64,000 bases of DNA from Rhodosorus marinus CCMP1338 (lineage: Eukaryota > Plantae > Rhodophyta). The position numbers and the translations under genes were made by a program. The notes beneath the pieces were generated by a model. The model had not been told where the DNA came from and searched no databases. It saw only the letters and a program-made list of their open reading frames with translations. The stretch is from positions 3,286,001 to 3,350,000 of the forward strand of contig JAMWBK010000001.1 in NCBI GenBank assembly GCA_029953675.1, read 5' to 3'. Positions 25,382-38,144 of this stretch are shown piece by piece (position 1 is the stretch's first letter; each line of letters opens with the position of its first letter).

Positions 25382-28303
25382 ATGAAGCTGTCCCCTCGCG
25401 AGTTGGACCATTTGGTGTTATGCCAAGCGGGCGGGGTTGCGCAGAGGAGGCTCGCACGCGGGCTGAGGCTGAACCATCCAGAGACGGTGGCCTTGGTATC
25501 AACGGTGTTGATGGAGCTGGTTCGTGATGGCAAGAATTCGGTCGTTGAGCTGATGCAACTAGGTGGGACATTGCTCGGCTTTCGACAAGTGATGCCTGGG
25601 GTACCGGATATGATACACGAAGTACAGATCGAGGCGACATTCCCAGATGGCACCAAGCTTATCACTGTACATAATCCGATTCGAGCAGAAAATGGAGGTG
25701 GGCTGAACACTTGCTGGGTTCGCTTCTAGACCCCTTCCTGAGCACCAGCCGCGTCTGTTTGTTCTTTCTTAGATCTGAGTCTGGCGCTGTACGGATCTGG
25801 ACTATCACCACCGGCTCTAGATGAGTTCCCAACTGAAGAAACGACTACGATAACATCCTGTGCGCCTGGGGAGATTCTGGTCCAACCAGGAGAGATTATT
25901 CTAAACGAGGAGAAGGAGGGTATTCAGCTCAGAGTCACAAACAAAGGCGATCGAGCCATTCAGGTATTCAACGCACTGGTTTACCTCGGTTTCTGCGAGC
26001 GAACAGATACCCTTGCAAACCGAATAATGCGCTTGGCTGTTTAGGTCGGAAGTCATTACCACTTCGTGGAGACCAACCCGATGCTGGAGTTTGACAGAAA
26101 GCGATCCCTAGGCTTTCGTCTGAACATCATTGCCGGAACTGCCATACGGTTCGAACCCGGAGAGGCCAAAGTCGTCCCTCTTGTGAAAATCACCGGTCGT
26201 CGCGTCATTCAAGGCGGGAATGGCCTTCTCGATGCGGAGTGGTGGGAACAACCAGCCGTTGCAAAACCCACACAACTTCTTGGGATTCTTTGACTGAAGC
26301 AGATGCCTTGCGCCATTGCTTGCAGTATTGATGAGGTTGATCATGACGTAATTCTCTCGAAGGCCACCTCTCTGGGTTTCCTCAGCCACGAAGAAGCGGA
26401 TGAGGGCTTCGTGAAAGCAGTCAGCCCGTCAAGAGTGTCAAGAGATGCATACGTACAGATATTCGGACCTACGAAAGGCGATAAGGTCCACCTCGGTGAC
26501 ACTGGGCTGATTGCAGTAGTCGAGAGAGACCTGTGTGCGGAGGAGTACTACGGAGATGAGGTCAAATTTGGAGGAGGGAAAGTCATACGTGACGGGATGG
26601 GACAATGTTCCACAAACTATGATTCCTCAAGGTTACTATCCTCAGCTCACCGGACTTGATGGATTGTTTATCAACGTGCAGCGCTCACTGCCCTCTTTTC
26701 GCTATTCTTCTGCAGTTCGCCCGATCTTGTCTTCACCAACGCGCTAGTCGTTGACTGGACTGGAATCTTCAAGGCTGACGTTGGCGTGAAAGATGGCCGG
26801 ATCGTCGCAATTGGCAAAGCTGGAAACCCTGATATCATGGACGGGGTGCACCCCAAATTGATAGTCACACCTTGTACAGAGATCATTTCCGCTGAGGGGA
26901 AGATTCTTACGGCTGGAGGTGTTGATACCCATGTACATTACATCTGCCCGCAAATCGCCGATGAGGCACTGGCCTCTGGGGTCACAACCTTGTACGGGGG
27001 TGGAACAGGTCCAGCCTCAGGTGAGCACTGGCAATCATGTAGCTCTTACCTTCATTTTTTCGCTGATGCCCCACTGGATTTCGTTTCCGCGTGTTTTCTT
27101 TCAGGAACAAACGCGACGACATGTACTTCGGGAAAATGGAACATCAAGATGATGCTCGAGAGCACCGACGTGTGGCCACTAAACTTTGGGTTCAGTGGCA
27201 AAGGCAACGCCAGCGAACAGGAATCCTTGAAGGAGCAGATTCTTGCCGGAGCATCTGGCTTGAAGCTGCACGAGGATTGGGGCACAACGCCCAAGGCCAT
27301 CGATACTTGTCTGACTGTCGCAGACGAATTCGATGTCCAAATCAGTATCCACACTGATACCTTGAATGAGAGCGGGTTTGTCGAACAGACGATTGCTGCT
27401 TTCAAGGGTAGAACTATTCATAGCTATCATACAGAAGGTGCCGGCGGGGGGCACGCTCCTGATATCATAAGCGTTGTTGAGAAGCCAAACGTTCTACCGT
27501 CATCGACGAATCCTACAAGACCTTACTCTGTGAATACCGTAGATGAGCATCTGGACATGCTCATGGTATGCCATCACCTTGACCCTTCAATACCGGAGGA
27601 TGTGTCGTTTGCAGAGAGTAGAATTCGAGCGGAGACCATCCAGGCAGAGGATCTTCTGCACGACATGGGAGCTCTGTCCATGATCTCGTCTGACTCTCAG
27701 GCCATGGGCCGCGTCGGAGAGTCGATCATTAGAACGTGGCAGACAGCTTCCAAAATGAAATGCCAGCTGGGCAGGCTGCCTGAAGAGCCGTTTCAGGAGG
27801 CGGACAACTTGCGAATCAAGCGCTATGTTTCAAAGTACACTATTAATCCGGCCATTACGCACGGAATGGCGGAGCACGTTGGATCGGTTGAAGTTGGCAA
27901 GCTTGCCGACCTCTGCCTTTGGGACCCACGATTCTTCGGAGCAAAGCCGGAGTTGGTGGTGAAAGGTGGAGGAATAGTTTTGGCCCAGATGGGTGATCCG
28001 AATGCGTCCATTCCTACACCGGAACCGGTCCTTGCTCGGCGGATGTTCGGTGGAAGCAATTCAATGAGCATTGCGTTTGTGAGCAAGGTCTCCCTGCCAA
28101 CAGTGAAGGACTATCGGATTTCGAAGAACATCCAGCCGGTCACAAACTGTCGCGCGATTTCCAAATCGGATCTGAAATGGAACAGCAAACAGCCTCAAAT
28201 GAGAGTCGATCCTGAAACGTTCCAAGTCACTGCCGATGGACAGCTACTCCGATGTGAACCTGTGAAGACCAATCCTCTCGCCCAGAAGTATTTCCTGTTC
28301 TAG
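25382..28303 (+). CDS. URE: Urease, single-chain fused gamma-beta-alpha (plant/fungal type), about 6 exons
   Basis: MKLSPRELD..., [96 protein letters not shown]. Confidence 0.97.
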
Positions 28304-28499
28304 GTTTCCGCAGCACCGTCTACTTGACGCCCGAATCTGAGAATCCGAGTAAAGCAAGCCCGCTATTCAATATTTTATTCAAATACGCGACATTGACTCG
28401 GGCTCTCCACCCTCATTGACCTGACGACTGCCAAGCAAAATACTTTGCTCCTTCAAGCTCTTCTAATACATTGAAGAGCTTCCAGTACTCCTCTACATC

Positions 28500-29057
28500 C
28501 AAAGCCGCAGGGAAATTTTCCTGGCCAAGCCGTCAGAGAGAGCCTGGCCATTGTTACAATCTCCCTGAGCTCCTTCATCACTGAGCAACCCCAGCGGCAT
28601 GAATCGTTGGTAAATCTCCTTGGCCAAGCCCATTGGAGATCTACTTGCGAATGTTTCCTCCGCCTCCGAGCAGAACTATGGAGCCATGAACTGCTTGTAA
28701 ATTTCCTTGGCCAAGCCCGTGGGAGATCTACTGGCGAATGTTACAGTCTCCTCGAGCTCCTCCCTCGTTACGGAATAAAGTTCCCGAAAACGAAAAAACA
28801 AAGTATTTCGTTGGTAAATTCTCTTGGCCATGCTATGGGACCCGTATTGACGACTGTTACTGCTCCCGTGCTCCTCCAATGCTAGAGCTCTTGTCCCCAC
28901 CACCTCCAGGGACTTTGAATATGGTAGGGGGCCGGGGAAGTGGGGTGCTTTTCGAGCGGTCTAAGCTTCTTTGGAAGAGGTTTGGTTCTTCCTTTGTACT
29001 TGAACTTGGTTTAGAATGAAACCCAGCTGATTCTTTTTCTGGGTTAGTGAAACGCAT
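28500..29057 (-). pseudogene. Degenerate ORF with in-frame AKEIYxxF repeats; frameshift and internal TAG
   Basis: Nucleotide repeats spaced 99, 87 and 117 bp (all multiples of 3) encode MAKRIYQR, LAKEIYKQF, LAKEIYQRF and LARKIS. TAG at 28676. Confidence 0.35.
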
Positions 29058-29133
29058 TCAAGTTGCTGGGGAAAAGAGGAGTTAAAGTGGTTTTTTTGGA
29101 TTGGTCTTCTTATAGGAGAGACTGCGTGAAGAG

Positions 29134-29508
29134 ATGGTGCGGTCGGATGACAAGGCGCTTGTCGCAGATCTGAATGCTATGAGAGCTAAAGTGGCTGAAG
29201 CTGAGTCCAAGTTAGCGGAGCTGGAAGGTGAGATTCAGAGCCGCGAGAGTGAGTACTACAAGGAGACGCTGACGAGGGGAAACGTTGTCAAGGGGTGGGA
29301 GACGTTTTTAAAACGCCCGGATAAGTCTTGGAATTCAGTTCAGGCGAGAAAGATAAAAGCCGTGGACAGAATATTCTCGAACTCAAGCACGAGCAGGGCC
29401 CCAGAGGTCCAGCCGGGTGATGGTGAAAAGGTTCCCAAGAAAATTGTCATTCAGTCAGGAGGGATATTGAAGAAGAAAAAGTTCAAGAAGAAGGTCTCCG
29501 AAGGGTGA
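29134..29508 (+). CDS. EAF6: NuA4 histone acetyltransferase subunit Eaf6
   Basis: LAELEGEIQSRESEYYKETLTRGNVVKGWETFL...DRIFSNSSTS matches the Eaf6 pattern LE.QI..E..Y..T...GN+IKG...DR+FS.SS. Confidence 0.85.
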   Translation: MVRSDDKALVADLNAMRAKVAEAESKLAELEGEIQSRESEYYKETLTRGNVVKGWETFLKRPDKSWNSVQARKIKAVDRIFSNSSTSRAPEVQPGDGEKVPKKIVIQSGGILKKKKFKKKVSEG

Positions 29509-29766
29509 ACTAATGAATTCTACAAGGTACGGAGGATGTGTAACGTCTGGAAGGGTTGGTTCTTCATTATTATACATTCGGCCTCCGAAATTGTACCAAA
29601 ATTTTGAACGTCATGGCCATGTACGTCCCGGTGAACTACGCACCCGCGAAGCTATCAACCGAAGCGCAGAACCAGCGAGAGAAGACAAGGCGTTGGGAAT
29701 CAACGCAGCATTGCTTTTCCTGGTACTAAATAATTAGGATAATGTCAGGGTACGAACTATCAAGCT

Positions 29767-31814
29767 TCACACGGGTATAGGTCGCTTTCGAGCTTTGGGA
29801 TATCGACCAAATTTGCGCCGTTGTCGCGACGGGAGCAGCAGTCGACCCCAACGGATCGTTACGACCAGCAACACCACCGTGAAGACAATAACCAGGAAGA
29901 ACTGGACTCCTCTGGCTAGCCATGACAGAAGGATGTAGTGCCTGATACGCATGAACCAACCAAAAACAAAAAGGCGAAGTAAGCGCAAGTTCGCGCGGGT
30001 ACTGGCCAGCGACTTTGACTTGAGGTGGTGCGCCAGGCAAGGGCGCGATGACTTACACTCGTCTTCTCTTCGGAGACGCACACGCTTTGGAGAGCCTGAC
30101 CTCTACTTTTTCGTATTTTCTTGGTGAGAACGTAACTAAAATGTTGCTCATTCCGCGGCTCTGACAATCGAACACGATCCTCAGGAGGGACGTGGCACCC
30201 GAGAAAAGAATGTCCCCCCTGGGGCGGAGAAAGGTTGTCGTCATTCCCTCAGAGAAACTCGGCTCCTTCACCCTTACCAACGCTACGCTTGGATGAAGTG
30301 AGATGACGTTCGTGGATCCGAAGAAGAACTCCTCATTCTTGGCAACGTTCACTAATTGCACCGTAAAATCCGATTGATTCTCCTGCGATCGTGGTCATTT
30401 AAAGGGAAAAAGGCTCAGCACGAGTCCGGCACGAATGCACAGTCGCCGGGAGTGAGTATCTCACGGGAATGACTACTGAGGATAAGTGATCGCTTTCTTC
30501 GTGGTTCCAGAGTGTGCTACCATCCATACTCTGCACTTGGAGCCCCCTTGCAACCGCGCCACTGCAATCTTTCACCCAAATGGCGATGAGGTCTCGAAAC
30601 GGTGGCATTGGTACTTTCAAAGTGACAATTGCTTGCTTCTTACGGAGGCATTCATACTTGACCTTCAGCTGTGTCGCCTGGTCGCGATAAATCGTGTTTT
30701 CTAGGGGCAGCTCCAGATAGACGTTGACTACCGCCTTGTCTGAAACAGACACGATGGGCTCATGAAACCCTAAAGAACAGACAGAATCCATCAACGGGCT
30801 TTTAGGTTCCTTCAGAATTACTAAGGCCAAGCATCTCGATCGCCTCGGCGGGCATCGTGATTTTTTGTACTCGGGCAAAACGAACTTTGTGAGCTACTTA
30901 CATCGATTCGTTTCAGTGTGATCCTTGTCCAGCTCCAAGAAGATGCTTGTAGCCTGCTCGAACATGTTAACGTGCATGTTTGTCTCTGGGGCTTGGAAGT
31001 AGACGAACGGTTGTTCACGCTCACTGTCGATGAATCCCATTCGAACTCCAGACGGTGTTTCGTTTCCTGGGCAGCGTTTGATCCACGAGAATGAAACCCT
31101 CTGCTCGGGCATAACATGGTCTTCCTTAGCTACGTTAAAGGGGAGATCGATTTCGAATTTGATATCTCCTTTCTCAACGCAGTTGTACTCGATGGAAAAC
31201 TCTCCAGAACGTTCTTCGCGCTCGTACTTGAAGTCCAAAGGCTTTGCATCGGCTATGGCGCTTGAGTTCGTCAGCGTGGGTTTCAGTAGCGTCAAGTTGG
31301 CCGCCGAGGACCACTGAATTCCGAAAGCAATCCTCTCAGAATACTGCGAATCGAAAAAGCACTGTGTGGGATCATCGTCTACGCAAAGCCAGTAGCTGGA
31401 GAGCTCGCCGTTCGCAAAGACTTCCGCCGTAGGGTGGTCATTGGCCAGGCTTTTCACGAACACCAAAAACTGAATTTCCGAGAGGTCCTCCAAAGTATCC
31501 TCTTCCTCATCTTTGTTCAGTACAAATTCGGCCGAATCACCAACCTGGATCGCTCGATTATCAGCCTGGATCGCTCCATCGTCAGCGTGGACCGATCCGT
31601 CATCAGCTAGTTTCGCTCGATTATCAGGTTGGATCGATTTATGATCAGCTAGTTTCGCTCCAGCAGCTAGTCTCACTCCATCATCAGCTATTGTCACTCT
31701 ATCATCCTCTAGGATCGATCCTTCATGGTCTAGGATCGCTCCATCATCAGGCTGCGATCCACCCAAAGCCAGAAATCCCAAGATCAGTACCCAAATCGAA
31801 AGCTTGGATGCCAT
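29767..31814 (-). CDS. Uncharacterised type-I membrane / cell-surface protein, multi-exon
   Basis: Signal peptide MASKLSIWVLILGFLALGGS, Asp-rich repeats of about 7 aa, repeated Y-x-C...W-x-K-x-C modules, C-terminal TM (VQFFLVIVFTVVLLVVTI) and basic tail. Exon joins only partly resolved. Confidence 0.6.
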
Positions 31815-32619
31815 CCCGAAGACAGCCCTTCGGACGACCAAATACCTAAAACAAGATCACCTCCGACCTCCAAAGCCACCAGCCGCAAGCCTCGATGGAT
31901 CGCTGTCCGTTTCTGCTCTAAGTTCTAAGTACAGATCTGCGGAGGGCATCCCTTCTCGGTCATGGCTGACACTTGCGCGAGTAAGATCATGCCAGTAGAT
32001 CTCTTAGCAGTTGACCACACGAAAGAGCTTTGAATCTGGGACAAATATGTTCTTGCAAACTGTTTGTTCTTGTCTATGGGAACCTAGGACGTTTTCCATG
32101 TCTAGAATGGTACAGAAGTAGAAGCTTATGCAAATACCTTTCAGTAGTTGCCGGTTGCACGCGTCCATTTCCCTTTTGGATTGGAAAATCGGCAACAGGG
32201 ACCCCTTTCGGATTGGGACAGAGCATGGAGCGTGTGGTGTGTTCCAAGTCCTGGTTTTCGAAGATCGGAGTGGTCCCTCACCGGAATTCGATTAGAACTG
32301 GCACCACAGGATGGGAGCACACCGAATTTTTGAAGCACGTTCAGTGATTGGATTGGACGCTCAACATCTGTTCAGTGCGGAACACTTGTTTCTAGTTTTC
32401 TTCTGTTCTTGAACACAGAAAGTTTCCACCAGCGGAATGGAAATGACGGACACGCCAGAGCCCCAAACAAAGTGGGAACACAAGGCTCATCAGTCCACGG
32501 CTGTAAGCTCCGTATGTGCTTAGCAGAACTCACTCCCAGGTTCGTTCGCAATGGGACAAAATGGAAAGAATTCCTCATTTTTATTCTGAAAAGGAAACTT
32601 GCAATCTCACCGGAATGGG

Positions 32620-33579
32620 CTAGGCGCCAGGAAAGTCTTTCTGTTGGCCTGGTGAGGCGGCGATAACTGCCGGGTGCTCAGACAGAGTTTTGTAAAGCCG
32701 ATGGAGAATAGGACAATTTTTCTCAACGTCCAGACCGAATCGCACAGCAGCGGAATAGAGCTTTCCCACAGAAGAGCATAAGGGCAAATGTGTGCCACCT
32801 CGGTAAGTATGGAGATCACCACCACAGCTGGTTATGGCGTCTGGGGAAAGATATACATACCTGAGGGTACAGGAAGGCGTCTGCGATAGTTAGGTCATCA
32901 CCAACTGCGTATTTACCGCCGTACTTTTCTACGAGGACTTCCGCAGCTTTTAGTCCTCTGAAGAGGGCTTTCTCAACCCAAGCCATTTTCGCATCGGCGC
33001 CTCCTAGCTCTTCTATTCTGTTGATTAAGCCGAGATTTTGGTTTGGCTGCGTTCCGGAATTAATAATCTCTGCAATCTCCCGAACCTTTCCATGAGAGGG
33101 CAGCATAGAAACAGGCGTTTAGAGGTCGCTCACAAACGCAGAACAGTGATGAGTCAACGAGAGATAAAAAGGGACTGGTCATCGTACGATTGCTCTAGTT
33201 TTTGGGTCCTTTGGAAGCATCGGCGGTTCTGTTTGGCGTGTCTCCTCCAAATACTCTGCGATCACCATTGACTGAGACATAGTTATTCCATCTAGCCGAA
33301 TCGACGGCACCTGATTCATACTGTTCACTTTGGAGAAATTCTCGTCAAAGTTTTCTTTCGCCTTCAGATTCACGTACTGAGTCACCAATAAAATCGCAAA
33401 GAAGCAGCTTACGGGTCAGGAACAGAGATTACAACAAAACCCACTCCAGGAACGAAGAAATAGCAAACGAAAACAGTCACTACCTTCATATCGTATTCCA
33501 GGCCCTTATAGTTGAGCATAATCCGCAGCCGAAATGTACAAGAGCTCGCAAAGTAAGAGTAAAGTTCGATCTCAGACAT
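32620..33579 (-). CDS. GSTZ: Glutathione S-transferase zeta / maleylacetoacetate isomerase, 4 exons
   Basis: LYSYFASSCTFRLRI (zeta SSC motif), QVPSI...SQSMVIAEYLEET, EIINSGTQPNQNL, VGDDLTIADAFLYPQ, AVRFGLD, HPAVIAASP. Confidence 0.92.
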
Positions 33580-34401
33580 ATTTGCAATCCGCTCAGATAG
33601 ACTAGGTTACAATCCCACAAAACACCACCTTTCCTGATAGCTTTCTTTCCTATGACCCCCGCAAGCGCTTGTCTTCCTAACAGAAATGTATCAATGAAAT
33701 ACCCTCGTTCTCACAAATCCTGGGTTGGAGCTGCTCCTCTTGACAGCAGCGCTAGCAATCAATGGCCCACCCCCCCCTCCTGAGTCATGATACATATCTT
33801 AAAGAGAGAACATGCTCGGTTGGAGCAAAGGTTGGAAGGTGTTCATACCTTGGCAGAGGTGCACACTGCGGGAGTAGTCCCTGCTGTTATTTTGTGTCAC
33901 TACCAAGCTCGCAACAATGTGAAAAGAAACATCATCTTTGTGTTTGTCCAAAGTATCCAGAGTTGTCAAAGTTGCTGCTCAGAGTCCGATGTTTGCTAGG
34001 GTCATATGGAACCTTCAACGACGAGAGGGAGTCATCGACCCAGTTCGGTTTCCAAATGACTTCATAGCGGGGGAAAAGTTCGCTGATATCGATGCTCTTA
34101 GTCAGTCATGTTGCTTTTTGGTTTTAGTATATGTGTATATCGTGTTCCAGGTCAAATACGCGACAGTGCGCCCCACTTCCAATTTGGAAACGACGCGGGT
34201 TCAGGGTCGAATATGGAGGAGTCTTTAGCAGCAGGCTTGTCCCTGGGGAACGAAACCAACAACAGCGGCCACCTAAGCCAATAGTTTCCGTCGGGGGAAC
34301 TGAACTGTTGCACCCCTGTCCACCAGGTGAATTCTCACCGCGCAAGCGCTGAAGCCTATTGCCATCGTGGACTACCGTTGCCGTCATCTTACGTTGTTGT
34401 G

Positions 34402-36958
34402 TTACCTTCGGATACTCAGTTTGACGTTTATCGACTTTGGCCTTGATGAAGGAATACCCTAAGCAGTGTGAAGCGAAAAGTGTTTAGAGATGACCCAACG
34501 AAACGAGTCGAGGAAAAGTGAGAAAGTGCGTCAAGGAGAAGGCATCGATGAATCGTACCCCTGATCTCCTCCCTTCCAGTCCCAGTTCATCGTCCTCCAG
34601 CGCTTGGCCAAGTCCAACGGCATCGGATCCTGGCGACGAGGCTGGAGCATTACCCCCGTTGGACGGGCTACCCTCCGGCAATCCATCCGAGGGCTTCTGT
34701 ACCGGCGACCCGCTTGGTCTTCCGGAGCCCACGCCTTCGACTAGGTCGGAATCCTTTCGAGAATCAGCAGGGTTGAATTCAGTCGGTTCAGCGGTTTGAT
34801 TCGGATCGATCCGCGGTTTTTTCAAACTCTCTTCGGGAGTGGGAACTTCTGATGTCGTGCCATTGACGGTGACCTCATCCTTCCCGCTCGAAGAAGGGGG
34901 TTCAGCCCCTTTCTCACCGGACGTTGCCTTCTTCGAACCGTCCTCAGTGTCCTTGCGCTTCCGTAAGATTTTCTCTGCCGCTAAGACGTAGTCGGGAAGG
35001 TGCTTTCGTCTCAGAAGTTCAAAATTCACCTGAGGATTCCGACGAAAGCAAGGGATATGTCATGCAATTAGTATTTCTACAGGAGAACGGTCACAGAAGT
35101 TCACGCGTGCGCCGTTTCGTCGTACCCCCATGTCTGGTGTCCTCATGCCCCAGTCCAGAACGTGGCCATGCCACTCTCGAACAGGACCGGAGACGTCCAC
35201 GACGGGCTTCTTCGTGTTCTTGTCATTGGATGCCTTGGCCTTGAACTTCAACCCGATGTAGAACGAGTTTCCACATCCGGCCTTAAAGTTGGGATTCCCA
35301 GTAAATTCCCGAGGATAGGGATGCACCTGAGTGTTTGGCATGGTCTCCAGCTTGTGAATAAGGTACCGGAGGCGAGCTTCCACCAACCCCTTCCATTTCT
35401 TCTGGTTCTCGGAGTCTCCCGCTGACACATCAATGGAAAAGTAATAGTTGTACCTCCCGAAGAAGTCTGAGGAATCAAAGAGCCGCTGCCAGGCCTCAAG
35501 GCCAGGTGTCTTCACTTCTGCGGTAGCGTCTGCTTGATTGAGTATTTCGGTCACAAGTTCCCGGCCTCTCTTGATTTCTTCTCTCATGACTCGAAGCGTG
35601 CTACTCGTGACGTTGTGGGTGGAGTTCATGCTGGGGTAGGCGGGGGTAATCACCGGCATCAAATGCCGCGCGTCGGCGTGGTTTCTTCGATTCCAAACCT
35701 TGAACCCGAGGTTCGGGTTCCCTTGACTTATGGGCTTCAACATGACCGGATTGGGCCACTTCCATTGGTCATACACCAGAAAGAACCGTGACACAAGGAA
35801 GCTCGGTAGCGCGTTCGGATAGAGTTGGCAGATTCTTGCTGTGAGAATGGCCCACGCAACACCACCCAGATAGCCGAGCACATTGGAGTAGATCCCGCGA
35901 CTCTTGGCCCAATGCTTGATTGCTCGCAGGGTAGTCCTATTTGGGACAAACAAAAAAAACGAAAACGGAGGGAGGCGCTATGTTCAGGAGCGGGTTAGCT
36001 CCAGGGCAGAGGGACTGTCTTTTTCGGAAGTGATGAATTATTGTCGGACATCCGAGAGGGTCTACTAACCTGAAGTTGGGAATACTTGGAACAAGTCTGA
36101 GAATTGCATCCGTAACGCGTACACCGTTGATCGATCTTTGCGTAGCGTCATCCACATTCCGCAGAATCGAATCATCGAGAATGTCGAGCTTCTCTGGAAT
36201 GGATGACATTTGCAGGCACGCACAGAGTAAATCAATTTCGACCCCGGAGAACTTGAATTTGACGATGGGTACGTAAGCCTCTGAAACTGCAACAAGATCC
36301 TCGACCTCCGCTCTCTGTCCCAATATATCTACCAAGACAAATTCGGCATCAGACTTTTCTCCAGTTAGAGCATCGGGACTTCCAAAAACCTGCCGGAGAG
36401 AAGAGTAGTTTGGGCAGCAAAGCATGAGGATTTGTTTTGCGCACAGCAAGGAGTCAAACGGTGTTATTAGCTTACATCTCTGCTCCTGTCAATATGTCGA
36501 GGTGCGATGCAAAGTGTATCGATGTCAGCCCCGGGGCCGTTTACCCCAAGTCGATAAGACCCAAAGGTGAAGATCCTTGCACCAGTCTCGGCGGCCATGG
36601 CTTCGGTCATACCTTGATTCATGCTAACCTTTCGCACCCAATCTCGTACAAGTATATGCAGCTCAGCAAGGACCTAAGGAGACCAAACGCCGACTAAGAT
36701 GAGCAAAGTTGGGAACGCACAGAAACCGGCTTAACCGAAGAGTGGGCTCGTACGTCAGATACTAACCTGTTCCCTGTGCTGTTGCTGCTGTTTGGACTCG
36801 TAGAGACTGTTTCGATGAAGACACTCCTCCAGCTCCCGATTGAGCAGGTGATCCTCATCCGTTGGGTTCGCGTACGATATAGGTTCGGTTGTTCCATAGT
36901 TGTACGCTGACTCGGCGCCACCACCTCCAGCGCTCGGTTCAGACGCTGTTTCATTCAT
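34402..36958 (-). CDS. PAP: Canonical nuclear poly(A) polymerase, about 6 exons
   Basis: FTFGSYRLGVNGPGADIDTLC, AYVPIVKFKFSGVEIDLL, RSINGVRVTDAIL, IKHWAKSRGIYSNVLGYLGGVAWAIL, MPVITPAYPSMNSTHNV. Confidence 0.96.
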
Positions 36959-38144
36959 TTCAGATCAGCCAATCAAATTAAAAAAAACACCTGCATCCCC
37001 CCCCCGGGTCCGCCAAGAGCCACACTTCCGCGCAGCGGGTGGAGGGAGCCCGGATAGCTGACAAGCCACTCCACAAGTACAAAAACGAAATACCCGAAGT
37101 TCTCTTCAAAGATGACCAGCTTTTTTCCCGAAAATCTTCATCCCACAAAAAATTCCTTCCTTCTCAAAATTTAGTCCTTCCCTCCTATTCCCCTCCCCCT
37201 TCTCTTCCTCCTTCTTTCCCCTGCCCCGCCCCCCAGAGCCAAACCCACCTTAAAACACCCCAGCGAGCATAAAAACGTAAACACAATATCGCGTCTCCTC
37301 CCCCAAAAAACCGTGAAGAGTCAGCCGTCCCAGTTGACAAGAGAAATGCCGTTAACAAAAATAACAACAAAACAACATTCTTCATTTTGATGCGATTCCG
37401 AGCCATAAATACGATATCTTCATCGCACCCTTCAAAACTCTTTTGAATATATAACCGATGTATTTATAATTTTTAATACTTAGTTCCTTCTACAGTGACT
37501 TACCAGCTCTTAATTGGTTATAAAATATTTAATATATAATAATTTAAGGCATAGCTTACAAACCCGTTTAACCCGATATCTTTCACTATGTTTTACTTCT
37601 TTCGAAGTAGTTTTACCGTGTAAATATATAATATACGATATTACATCGTATCTTGTCAAATAGCTGTTTTTATTGGGTTGAAAGGTCAATAACTTTTGAT
37701 AATATTTGGGATACAAACAAGCATTCCTATTTTCAATTTGGTAAACGGTATTTTCATGAGACTTAATTGGTTTAAGTCACAATTGAATAGAGTTCAATTT
37801 ATTACAATCTTTTTTGGACCTGATTTGATCGGTTTTGGTTTTTTTTTCCTCGGTCGGTGTGGTGGACTGGCTCTCCCTCTCGTCGGGGCTGAGCATGTAT
37901 ATGGAGAAGGGGATCAGGGAGCTGAGGAGGTGGATTGGTCTGCTATTGTCGTTGATGTTGAGAAAGGCCTCACTCTTCTCTTTCTGAGAGAGTTTTTCTG
38001 ATGCTCAGTTTTCGTTTTGCTGTCGAGTGTTAGTGGAGAAGGGATCTCTCGACTTTGCGGGGATGGGTTTTTGTGTGGTGCGGATGTGAGGTGAGCATTT
38101 AGGATTGCTTGAGAGGAATCGGGGTTGTTGCTGTAGAAGGTATC

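Noticed and set aside
37185-37406. Small ORF with a signal-peptide-like stretch
   Set aside because: It lies in the skewed low-complexity upstream zone of the PAP gene, where hydrophobic and Gly-rich runs arise from base composition alone.
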